Source: Podarcis pityusensis (taxonomy: Eukaryota). Taken from it: a DNA stretch of 64,000 nt. The notes beneath the pieces were generated by a model. It saw only the letters and a program-made list of their open reading frames with translations. It made no database searches and was not told the origin of the DNA. Location of the stretch: assembly GCA_964106645.2 (NCBI GenBank), contig OZ067050.1, one strand, 5' to 3'. Made by a program: the position numbers and the translations under genes. Shown piece after piece: positions 47,601 to 59,300 of this stretch. How positions within the stretch are numbered: the first letter of the stretch is position 1; each line of letters begins with the position of its first letter.

Positions 47601-48724
47601 GACCAAATATTATCGAGCAAGAATTCAAGCCCTCTACTTTTCTAGGAACAATTTCTGCCAATTAAAGCAACAATAGTGGCATGATTGTTAGGTGTAAGAA
47701 GAAGTGAAGACCATGCTTCCCCAATGCATTAGCCAATGAAGGAGAGGGGGCAGGATTTTCTAGGCCCCCCCTTGCTTTTTTGTTTCATTTGACTTTTCTT
47801 GCATAAACTGAGCCCTAGAAAGCAAGGGTTACTGAATACGGCCAGAAGCAGCACCTATGCAGGCTGTTAGCAGAAGCAATATTGTTGTAATTCCTGGATC
47901 CGGCAAGACTTAAAATCTAATGGAGGATTCAGTTGTTGGAATAGCCAGGCCAGCCTCTTGGTAAGCTAATGGCCCTCTAAGTATTAGTTGTTAGGGTAGC
48001 AAAGGAACACATGGGCATCTCTTGCCAGCGGATTCATTTCTGCTGCCATTCAGGCAAAATGGAGTGGTGGGGAGTGGGAGGGAGCGGAAGAGGAACATTC
48101 AACTGGTCTTCTGCTTGCTGGAGACCAGGTACACACTGACAATGGTAGTTGGTGCATCTGGGTGAATGGGGCACTGCTCCACCATCATCAGCTAGCACCC
48201 ACCTGCCTGCCTTCTTACTAATATCCAGTGCAGGGGGTGGCATTGGTTGTGCCAGCTTCCTCTCGTTTATCTTGTAAAACTCAGCAGGGAAGAGGATGGA
48301 GGCAAAGCTAGAATTAGTTGGCTCTGCCTGTCATTTGCTCTGGTGCCACCTGCTGCTGGGCTCCCTCCCTTCCACCCTATCAGCCCTAACAGGTGCCAGC
48401 CACTACTGGAACACACAGACTTACCTGCTGTGGTGGTAAATCTTGTTCCTCCTGTGCTCACAATAGAATAAAAATAAAAATTGTGGGAATACCAATGGTC
48501 ATACTTTGGCTTCTTGCTCTGAATCTTCTTCCACATCTGGCGCAACCCTGAATATGTTTTGTTTCGGTATGCGTGCATGTAATCATTATAGCCCATGAAA
48601 GGCCTACTACCTGCTCCTCAGATAATCTATTTTTTCACCTCCCCACCCCATGGTGTGTCCTGCTGGTGCTTTTTCAAAATTTAAAGTTGGTATCCTGTGC
48701 ACACTTGGGACTAAGCCAAGAACC

Positions 48725-48782
48725 GATTTCGTTCTGTGAACCGCCCTGAGACATCTGGCTATAGGTCGGTATATAAATTCAA

Positions 48783-48813
<31 letters not shown>
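48725..48813 (+). mobile_element. LINE 3' tail with (TAAA)n
   Basis: gaaccgccctgaga...ggtatataaattc(AATA)n, typical of L2/CR1-group 3' ends. Confidence 0.6.
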
Positions 48814-50849
48814 ACAAGCCACATTCTCTAAGTGAAATTTATTTTCAGGTTGACATGCATAAAAGTGGACTACAAGACATGTAAAATCTGCTCATGTGAC
48901 CCCTTTATACGCTGCTATGAAATTTGTATGTGCATGCTAAAGTGCATGATATAAAATCAGAGAAAAGAAAAGTGCTTGATAAAATACTTCTGCAAGGAAT
49001 TGTAAAAATTGATAAATGTTTTGCGAAACTGAGAGGGTGGAAGGAAAGTTGAAAACAGGTATCAGTATCTGCATCAGATAAGTAACAATGAGTTAAACTG
49101 CCACTGACTGTGGAGGTTGGAAGTAGTTCTTTTGTCCACATAACTAGACATTCATTTAAAATATATTCACTCACCCACATGTGCTTATTCTGCATTTTCA
49201 TAGAGGAGCAAGGCTGCAATCCTAACCCCACTTACCTAGAAACAGGTCCCATTGACCTCAATGAGACTTACTTCCAAGTAGCATGGTTAGGATTGCAGCC
49301 ATGGTGTAGTGAATCAAGTGTTAGGCTTTGAGCGGAAAAGTCCTAGGTTCAAATCCCTGTTCAGCCACAAAGCTCACAGGACTGACCTAGGGCTAGTCAC
49401 CTTCTGTCATCCTAAAACCTACCTCACGTGATTGTTGTGGTTGTAGAAGAACCCCACATATGCTGACTTGAGGTCCTTGGATTAAGTCTGGGGTACAAAT
49501 ATGACAGAAAAGTAAACGTTTGCACATTCCTCTCTTTTTTGCAATATTTCATGAGCACGATCCAGTTAAAGCTAAGCATTTTGACATCTCATTCAGTCCT
49601 GCAGGCAAGGCTTAATTATGTGCCTAAGCCTCCCATTGAAATGAATGGGAATAACAGCACAATCCTATGCACGTTTTCTCAGACGTTAACCCTCACTGTA
49701 TTCAGTGGGACTTGCTCCCTAGTTCATCTGCTTACAGAGAAATCCTCACAATTTCTGCTCAGAAGTACCAATTAATTCAGTGGGACTTACTTGAAGGTAA
49801 GTGCACCAAAGACTGCAGCCCTAAAGTGCTTAACTTTGGCTAAAACAGTGTGTGTACACATATTACAGTGAAGGTTGCCAAATATTGGCATTCATATACG
49901 GATGCTCTCAGTCTCTAATTAATGTGGTAAATTTCTTTCTCCCCCCCCCCCGCACATGCACGCACGAACACACACAAGTGTATACTGATAAACACATTTA
50001 AGACGCTGTTGCCATTTACTTGTCTATCTCTGAGTTTTAAGACACTGACAAAAATGTGGCTAAGCTTTCATTAAATTCTGGACACTTCCTCCTTTTCCCT
50101 GTAACATAGAATTAGCTTTATAAGAAATTAGAATCAATGAGGCTGGCATTGTAACATACCCTGATGATAAACTCTTCTTTCCTGCAGTTTGTCAGCCTGG
50201 GATCAGATGAGGAAGGAGGGAAGTGTGGTGGTTCATGGAGCCGATGGTACCCTGTCAAGACAGATGGCAAACATTAAAGGGCAAAAAAAGAGGCAAACTT
50301 ATTTGCTGCTGCCAGTCTGTTCTCTGGCGAATCCTTCTTGGCAGGCGTCATTGGAGCTCAGCCTTGGCTGTTTTTCCTTCATTGCACCAGCAACTACTGG
50401 GGGTACAGCTGTCAAATCTTTCCCAGATGCTCTGCTGTGACACGAAGGCCTGGTCATGTTCAGCCCTTTGTCCTGCGAGTTTTGTCTGTCGTCCTCTTGG
50501 CTTCATCTCTGAGGAGCTCCCAGACTAAAAGACATGGGTAGGGGACGCAGCCTGAGAAGGGAAGAGAGGAGATGGATGCTGGAATCCAGCAGCCCGGAAA
50601 ATCATCAGCAGGGAGTGGGGGCGGTGGTGGTATTAGTCCTCCCGCTCCTTCAAGAACCTTGCTCTGTTCTGCAGTGTGTTGGCTCCAGAGGCAGGCAGCA
50701 GCATCTTTCCACATAAAACATTAGCTGATAGGTTGCAAGCAGCTCGGACTTATTTAGCGGATGGGTTGCAAGCAGCTTGGACTGCTCCCCTTTAAATGCG
50801 CACACACCACACACACACTCACTCTCACACACTGGTAATCTCATCACTA

Positions 50850-51000
50850 GCTCTGTGTGTGTGTGAGAGAGAGAGAGAGAGAAAGGGAAGGGGGAGGGCT
50901 TTGTTTCCATTGGCTGCTCCTTGCCTTCCCACCCACATCTCTTCCACATCACCTTGGTGTCTCCCTAAATAAAACCAGCCCTCCTTATCGCAGCGAGGAA
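50850..51000 (+). promoter_or_regulatory. Candidate ASIC2a core promoter
   Basis: (TG)n(AG)n tract, inverted CCAAT (ATTGG 50909-50913) and TATA-like TAAATAAAA (~50966-50974), about 280 nt upstream of the start codon; TSS not demonstrable from sequence. Confidence 0.4.
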
Positions 51001-51256
51001 ATCAAGCGGTAGAGTTGCAATGGATTTTAAATAAACATTTTACCCCCCCTCCCCACACACACTGTCCCTGCCAGGCTGCTGGGGAGAGCACGCAGCAAGC
51101 ACCTTCCCCACTGCCACCCAAACACTCACATGCAGCTGCCCTGCTTGCTGGCTGCTTCTGTTGCCTCTTTCACCCCATGAGGGAAAGCTGGAGCGCACGA
51201 GAAACTGGCTGCAGTCAGAGGAGGGAAGTGGCACCTTCATGACCAATCCTTTCTCC

Positions 51257-51820
51257 ATGGATTTAAAGGAGAGCACCAGCGAGGGAAGCCTGGGGAGCCT
51301 CCAGCCCTCCAGTCTCCAGATCTTTGCCAACACCTCAACCCTCCATGGAATCCGCCACATCTTTGTCTATGGACCTATGACTGTGCGGCGGGCCCTGTGG
51401 GCTCTGGTGTTTGTGGCTTCCCTGGGCCTCCTCCTGGTGGAGAGCTCCGAGCGGCTGGTCTACTACTTCTCCTACCAGCATGTCACCAGAGTGGATGAGG
51501 TCGTTGCCCACAGCCTGGTCTTCCCAGCTGTCACCATCTGCAACCTCAACGGGTTCCGCTTCTCCCGCCTCACTACCAATGACCTGTACCATGCTGGTGA
51601 CCTATTGGCCTTGTTGGACGTCAACCTCCAGGTCCTTCACCCTCATCTTGCTGACCCAGCAGTCTTGGCCATCCTGCAAGAGAAGGCCAACTTCCAACAT
51701 CACCGAGCCAAAGTCTTCAGCATGAGTGAGTTCATGGGGCGTGTGGGCCATGACATGAAGGAGATGTTGTTATACTGCAAGTTCCGGGGGCAGGAGTGCG
51801 GCGAGAAGAACTTCACAACT
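51257..51820 (+). CDS. ASIC2: Acid-sensing ion channel 2, ASIC2a-specific first coding exon (188 codons)
   Basis: MDLKESTSEGSLGSLQPSSLQIFANTSTLHGIRHIFVYG...FPAVTICNLNGFRFSRLTTNDLYHAG...CKFRGQECGEKNFTT matches the recalled ASIC2a N-terminus (HG motif, TM1, FPAVTxCNLN). The phase-0 donor ACT|GTGAGT at 51821 is at the expected position. The next exon (VFTKYGKCY) was not found in the window. Confidence 0.96.
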
Positions 51821-51928
51821 GTGAGTACAAACAAGAGTTTTGCCTTCCTTTTGGCATTGGTGGTAACAATGGGGACAACCAAGAAGTGAAAATTGGGTAT
51901 CTCTCTGGGAGACCTGGCTGATATATCT

Positions 51929-52128
51929 NNNNNNNNNNNNNNNNNNNNNNNNNNNNNNNNNNNNNNNNNNNNNNNNNNNNNNNNNNNNNNNNNNNNNNNN
52001 NNNNNNNNNNNNNNNNNNNNNNNNNNNNNNNNNNNNNNNNNNNNNNNNNNNNNNNNNNNNNNNNNNNNNNNNNNNNNNNNNNNNNNNNNNNNNNNNNNNN
52101 NNNNNNNNNNNNNNNNNNNNNNNNNNNN
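51929..52128. other. Assembly gap (200 N)
   Basis: Run of exactly 200 N. Confidence 1.
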
Positions 52129-52803
52129 AGAATCCTGGGATCTGTAATTTGTTAGGGGCTGGGAATTGTAGGTTGCTGAGAGGTGTGAGTTACACTTCCC
52201 AGGATTTTTTTTGGGGGGGGGAGGGTGAGCCATGGGCCTTTAAATGTATAGTGAACACGGCCATAAGCACTTCGTGTACATTATATTGTCTAGAATCCTT
52301 GCAACAATCCTGTATGGTAGGTCAGTTTTATGATCCCCATGTGTAACCATGCAGTACCAGGCAAAAGCATTTTGCTGTTGGAGGTTGACTCCAAATGCCC
52401 ATCTCCCCCGCAGGGGCAGTATTTTACAAAGTCTTGTTGCACTGTTCAGACACAGTTCCAGCCTTCATTTTTCTCTACTCACCCACCCCACCAAGCCACC
52501 TGAAGGAAGTCTCTTCATGCTTCTGTGTGGCAGGGCCATCCCTTTGCTTGTTTCTCAAATTTGGGTCCCCAGCTTTTGTTGGACAACAACTGCCATCATC
52601 CCTAGCTAGCTGTATGATGGGAGTTGTAGTCCAACAGCAGCTAGGGACCTATGCTTGAGAAACACTGGAAGGTCATGTAGTACGATAATGACAGAAGGGC
52701 GGTTCACGCTGGAAACTTCTTGGTCTCTAACTCAGACTTTTAGCTTCTGCACCACACCAGCTCTCAATTGTTATGATGTTTGGGGTGGTGGTGGTACGTA
52801 TGT

Positions 52804-52805
<2 letters not shown>

Positions 52806-52840
<35 letters not shown>
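52806..52840. repeat. (CA)n microsatellite
   Basis: Direct inspection. Confidence 0.95.
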
Positions 52841-52841
<1 letters not shown>

Positions 52842-55800
52842 TCTTTTCATAGAAAAAGAATGTTAAACTTTCCTGATGCCTGGGAATGATAAACCACAGA
52901 TATTGGATGCGTGCTAGGAGCAAACTCCCAGGATTGAAAGTTTGGTCTGATTGACGGGAAACTCACTGAAGGAAACCACTCTAAACCTGATGAAAGAATT
53001 TGTGAGAACCTTGATTGTCATCCAGAAAGGGGGAAGGGTTCAGCATTCATGATGCTCCGATAGAATTCACACATTCTATAGCATTCCTACCCCCCCACCC
53101 CCAAAGCTTGTGTGGAGTGGGTGGTTGCAGGAGCTTTTAAATTTGTGGAGTAGTTGTATAGGGGTGTGTGTGTATTTGAGAGAATTAGCGTACACACTAT
53201 TTTCCCTTTAAGAAGCTGTTGTGGCAAATTTCCAAGAAGCTTTCTGGATCCGTGTGTGTTTCTGTGTTAGGGTTAGCTTGTAAATAGTAAGGTGCCTGCT
53301 TGCCTCTGGTGAGTACAAAACACCAGTAGGCAGGGAAGCTGGCTGGGGCTGATGGGAGTTGTAGTCCAAAGCATCTAGAGGGCATCAGGTTGGGGAAGGC
53401 TGCTTTAGAGAGAGAGAGCCTGTGGTTCAGTGGTTGAGCACATGTTTTGCATGCAGAAAATCCCAGGTTCAATCCTCAGCGTCGCCAATTGAAAGGATCT
53501 TATGCAGCAGGGCTGAGGTCTGAGAAAACAACTGCCATTCGGTGTAGACAATGCTGTTAGATGCACCAACGATCTGACTTAATAATAAGGTAGCTTTGTA
53601 GAAGTTTTCTTTTCCCCTGCTATCAATGATTACGTGTGTAGGCAGTGTAGCTCTCAAATATCTGTAGGCTAGTGACTTTTGTTGGCTTATATGTGAGACT
53701 GCATTAAGTAGGTTCTGGGGGCGAGGGCAGGTTCAGAGACCAAGACTACTTGAAAAGCCCTGCTAGTGATGAAAATAGGCCCCTGACCCCAAAGAGCTTG
53801 CAATCTAACTTTGGATATTGGGAGATACAGTAAGTGGGGATGGAGAGGCCAGCATAACAGAGGAATTGTACAGCACATGCTCAAGCATTATACATACTAG
53901 GAGGAAGCATTATACACGTTCAAGCAGTATACATATACTAGGTGGAAGAGGCTGCTAACCAGCAGATCCACAGGTGCTGTTCAGAACTACTTGATTGCAT
54001 CTCACTACTTTTCCAGTCTTGGATTGCTGCTTGCAGTGAATCTAAGTCTTGCTCCTTAAACTTAGCTTGCTTTCTGTCTGTCTGATCCTGCTTCTCCTGC
54101 CCCTAATCCATTGTTGCTTTCCATAGTATAGGGCTGCTTTCCCTAACACGAGTGCATGCCTGTCCCTCTCTGGGTCTTAGTGGAGGTAAGTGAGATCTTG
54201 CCTCCTGGAAAGAGAAGGGGTAGGTGTGTGTGTGTGTGTGTGTAGGTGTGAACAAATAGTGAAAGGAGGGTAAGCACAAAGCAACCTCTTCAAATATGCA
54301 TATGAAAAATACCAGCATTTTTATTCATGACCCCCAACAGCTGTCCACATTCATGCTGATCTTGAATATGACAGGGTGTTGAAAGGGTGTTGGAAGCACA
54401 AATTTTGCTTCAGCTGTAGCATCTTAAAACAAAGAGCTTCTGAGAGGTGTGCGTGAGTGTGAATACCCCTCTAGAGAGTGAACCAAACGTAGCACACGCA
54501 AAAACAACTTGGTGGAAAGCAGAATGAAATTTTATCATGTTCCCTTGAAGTATGTATACCCAACCTTTGATAACTTTACCCCGATTCTGCCCCCCCCCAT
54601 ATCAGCCCAAACAAACCAAGGTAAATAGACTGATATAAATCAAGGTGATGGTTTTATGTCTCGGGTTTGAATTGTCGTTTTATATCACCAAGCAGAAAGG
54701 CCAGTTTAAACCACAGGTTTCAGTCTGGTCTCCAAACTTTATATCTCATGGATTTCCAGAACAAGCATGTGCATACTAATTGGCTGCTGTAACATATGGA
54801 CAGGATGCAGTGTGATTGCCTGGGAATCAACACTTGCAAGGCTATCCTACGAAAGCTAAATTGCAGGGTATATATGTATGTATGTGGGAGGGATTGTTTT
54901 GAACTGACAGGATAGGGGCAGGGGCTGGGCCTTGGAGGGGAGGAGGATGTTGAGGTTGGTGTGGTGAATGCTCTGCTCTACTTTTCATGGCTGCACATGG
55001 CCTGGGAGCCCTCTTGGAAAGAAACAGAAATTGTGACTGTCCTTCCACTCAAGTGTGCTCTATATCCAATTGATTTTGAGTGGGTGGGTGAGGTTTCTTC
55101 TGCAATCTCTCAGTCCTCTGCGCCAGGAAATTCTCCCATTGAGGTGCTGAGCGTGTTACAAAGAGCTGCAATGGAACTGGTTTAGGAGAGGCACTTATGT
55201 GCACGGCCCTTTCGCCGTTCAATGTGCTGCCGCCCACCATAGCTTTCTGTGCAAATTGGTGTTAATTTGCTGTGGAAGCAACAACAAAAACAGATGGGAA
55301 GCTGCCTTAATAAGCCATCTCAATAAGACTCAACTAATCAGAGAGAGGTTATTTCAGAATAATGGCCTTGCTGGATCAGACTGAGTCCAGCATTCTGCTT
55401 CCAATAGCAACTGCGAAATGCTTGTGGATGCCTGTTATGAAGGGACCTGAAGGTGACGGCTCACCCTGTTTTTCTGCTCATAACACCTTGTACTTGGAGA
55501 TATATTGACTCTGAACATGGAAGTTCCGTTTAGCTGCCATTTCCTCTGTTTCCTGAATTCCCAGGCAAGTGCTGATCCTTCTGCAACCTTGATAGAAGTA
55601 CAAAAAAACTTTACAGGGGAAATCTTAAATGGGAGGTAGGGAGGAATCCAAAACAACCCAATAACAGTGGGCAAGAAATTCTCATTGACTGTTGGGGGAA
55701 CGGGAACTAGAAAACAGAGAGAGAAACAGGGTGGGTCGAATGGAGAATACTGGAAAAGAACATGGCTAGCTGGCTGGAACCCTGAAGAGGAGCACGCCAC

Positions 55801-56094
55801 ACCTCGGCAAAATTGTGTTGCAGGTTACTGTTGTAGTGGCTATTAACCATTGATGGCCCCACATCCCTTCAAAGGTGGGGAAAACTCAAAACTGGGGACC
55901 AAATGCGGTCCTCCGCACTCTTTATCCGGACTTCAAGACCCTTCCCTTCCCCTGCTTCCAGTCCAAACCTTTCCTGGAGCCCTGCTCTGAATTGTCCACA
56001 AGGTGCTTTTGCCTGCCTGTAAATATGATAACATCTCTTAAAAGCCTCTACTGCACCCTGTTCTTCTGCTTTAATCGCTCCCCCATAACACGTA

Positions 56095-56310
56095 GCCCAT
56101 GTGATGTAGTGGTTAGAGTGCTGGACTAGGACTTGGAAGACCAGGGTTCAAATCCCTACTCAGCCATGAAGCCCACTGGGTGACCAGTCACTGTGACTCA
56201 GCCTAACCCGTCTCACAGGGTGGTTGTGGGAATAAAATGGGCGAAGAGTGTGTACCACCTAGAGCTCTTTGGACAAAAGGTGGAATATAAATGTACTACC
56301 AATAAATAAA
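56095..56310 (+). mobile_element. tRNA-derived MIR/CORE-like SINE
   Basis: A box TGATGTAGTGG, B box GGTTCAAATCC, core ctcacagggtggttgtg...ataaaatg, A-rich tail; related copies at ~36130-36295, ~49298-49500, ~58385-58540. Confidence 0.7.
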
Positions 56311-59300
56311 CAATAAGGGAACTATGGGGGGTTGGGAGCTTAGGCCACAGCCAGGCACTTACTGTGTGACTTCCTCATATTGGTGTCACTGTCAGACAGC
56401 TTGCCTGTATTTCTCTGCCGACAGCCGGTGTGAGTAGACCTAGAATGGGGAGATGTGATAGTTAAAGGAAACCTCTCCCAAGCAGGACTCAGAGCTGAGA
56501 AATTTGGAATAAGAGAAGAGTGGATGAGATGGACCATGCTGAGCCACAGCCTATTGGGGTCTGGTCATGCTTTGCATTGCAGTTGTGCTCTTTGTAGGCC
56601 TTCAAACTGAGTCACTGTCTCCCCTCCCCCCCCCCATGCCTTGGGATATATTAGAAGGCCAAAGAAAATCCTAAATGTGAACTCCCAAGATTGCCAACTG
56701 ACTAGGGTGGGGAAATGAATAGGCCTGCTCCTGTGCATTTAATGGCAACTTGATCTTCCAAAAAGATCCGGTAAAGCTTTTCACAGTATAGAGATGAGCA
56801 CCCATCACCTGGTAATTCCTGCATATCAAGTTTCTGTTGGAACACAGGAGCTTAAAAAAAAGTTGGCAACCCAAACTCCAGATACATGCATTTTTTTAAG
56901 GGTGATCACAAAATCAAAGCACCCATGATTCTTTGTGAGCAGGTAGAGATGCAGTGCCTCAAAGAGCTTGTCCAGTTCTTGATGGGGGAAGGAAGTGTCC
57001 TGTGATGTACAAATGAAGCCTTTCGTAGTGTCTGCTAGAAGAGCTTACATGAAAATCGGTACCCTAAGTGGCTATTAACTAACGGCGAATGCTGATGGAG
57101 CGTTTGTGCCATTCCCGTGAATAACAAATGAATTTGTGTCCCGTCAAAACAATGAGGATGAATTGCAACTGAATAAACATGAGCATGCTTTACAATTTGC
57201 CATTCTTCCCAGCCTACTCACGTTGTGGTTTTCCTGCAATTTTGCACAGAGGCCATGCAAAGAAAGCCACTAAGAGTACAGTGCATCTCAGGACGTCATC
57301 CTGCACTAACCATATTTGGGATTAAATGAATGATGGTCTGCACTTGCAGTAGGGCTTGTGCAGGAGAATATCCTGCTGGCTTGTGTTTCCCAGTGTTCAT
57401 TGGATATAAGTGAGTATGGGTCAGGCTTCCTCAACCTCGGCCCGCCAGATGCTTTGAGACTACAATTCCCATCATCCCTGACCACTGGTCCTGCTAGCTA
57501 GGGATCATGGGAGTTGGTATAGGTGGACTGGGGACAGTTTTGCCCTCCAATGCATATAAAAAACAACACTCATATCTACTTAATGGGCACAGTAAATCCT
57601 AAACATGCTTATTATGAAGTAAGTCTTGTGCAAGCAACATCACACTCAAAGCCTAGTGACTTTATTTAATTTAATTGTTTTTATTTATTTTATTTTATTT
57701 TATTATTTAATTTACTGGCTTAACTTGGGGTTGCTTCCAGGCTGTCGCTGTTTTGGGGTGGGATTCAGTTATATCCTGGAAAATACAGGTCTTGCAATTA
57801 AAGCTGATTTGGAACCCTTGTGCAACAAACCTGCTTCCCTAAAAATCAGGCTTTTTGTGATAAGGGAAGTGAGGGGGGAAAGCATTGGAAAGTGTGAGAT
57901 AACACTTGCTTAACACAAGGGCAAATCAGGATGAATGCTCATTCAATATCAGGTTGTCAAACCTCTCAGCAACCAAATCAGGGTGAATGCTCAATTAACA
58001 GGTTGTCTGGAAGAGCAACCTATTTATTTAATTTATATCACACTCTTCTTCTGTGATGGGGCTCAGGGCAACATACATTGGGTCCCTGATGTTGATCAGT
58101 CCTGCTGCCTGATGTGCCTTCAAGGCAATGAATCTTATTTCTTCCACACTCCAAAGAGAAACATATCCTTTGAATGAGCCTCTCCCACTAGGATGTACTC
58201 CAGAGCTAAATTTTGCCTCAACTATAAAATAAGGTATTAAAAGACAAATTACCGGGTCGATATGTTAATAATGTGATAGGCACGTGTCTTTGTTTCTTCT
58301 TTTTGGTAAATAGCAACCTCGGGTGGGTGGGGGTGCTGTTGATCCTCATTACTGTCCACCATGCTTCTGTTTGCTCCAGGAAGGAACTCAGTGTGGTGTA
58401 ATGGTTAGCGTGTCAGATTAGGACCTGGGAGACTAGGGTTTGAATCCCCGCAACCATGGAGCTCACTGGGTCTTGCCACTGGTTTTCAGCCTAGCCTACC
58501 TCACAATGGGAGGATAAAATGAGGAAGGGGGAACCATGTACAGTGTACACTGCAAATGGCACACACATGCGTGACCATGCATGCTTTAAACGCGTGCAAA
58601 ATGAAAGTTGCCTGTATAACAGCTTCAGCAATTGTGGTTTGAAGTTAGCTTGTTTGGACCCAATCATAGTTCAGATTAACCACAGGTCCCAGTCCAGGTG
58701 GTGTGATGTCCTAAGCCTTTTCTTGTGGACTGGAGCTGTCTTCAAAAGAATCTCCTGGAGGTCAGACCTGGCACTGGGTTGAGAAAGTGTGTGTAGTTTA
58801 TCTGCTGAGAGGAAGACAAGGTTGCTGCCTGTGAATCTATTCTGGGTCAATCCTGATTGCTGAAGTTGGCTTGGGAGTGGAGCTGGGCTTTATGAATATT
58901 TGATGGACTCTATTCCTGGCAGCAGCAGCAGCATGTCCTTGAAGGTGTCGAACAGAAAGGCAGGTGCCTTTTGCGTGTGAGCTCCTAGGTAAGGATTGCC
59001 CTCCTCTTGTGGGAGACACGTCAGACCCAGAAAGCCTGTTGTGGGGACAAACCTATTGGTGTTTGGGTTTTTCTAAGGTTGATTTGCATTGACTCTGGAG
59101 ACTTGCATCCAATATAGGTAGCAGAATTACAACTCCCAGCAACTTTTAGCAAACCACAGTGCCCAGAATTCTTTGAAGGAAAGAATGAGCTTTGCATATG
59201 CTTTAAAGGTATGGCGTGTACACAGCCTCATATAACGTAGCCTTGCATATTGTTTTTTCTTTCCCATTCAGGATCTGATGGATCATACATTTGTATGGTG

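Noticed and set aside
51161-51238. ORF-track N-terminal extension of ASIC2 (starting at TTG 51161) and C-terminal run-on to 51889
   Set aside because: The start is a non-ATG codon upstream of the conserved MDLK, and the run-on after 51820 is intronic.
51700-52233. ORFs spanning the N run
   Set aside because: Artefacts of the assembly gap.
53408-53480. tRNA-like A/B-box sequences here and at ~20700, 49300, 56100, 58390, 59994
   Set aside because: They are SINE heads followed by SINE bodies or tails; none forms a complete cloverleaf.
54340-54362. REST/NRSE-like half sites on the minus strand (TCAGCA...GGACAG)
   Set aside because: Non-canonical spacing and a mismatched left half; a TTCAGCACCA half site at ~18506 is coding and lacks the right half.
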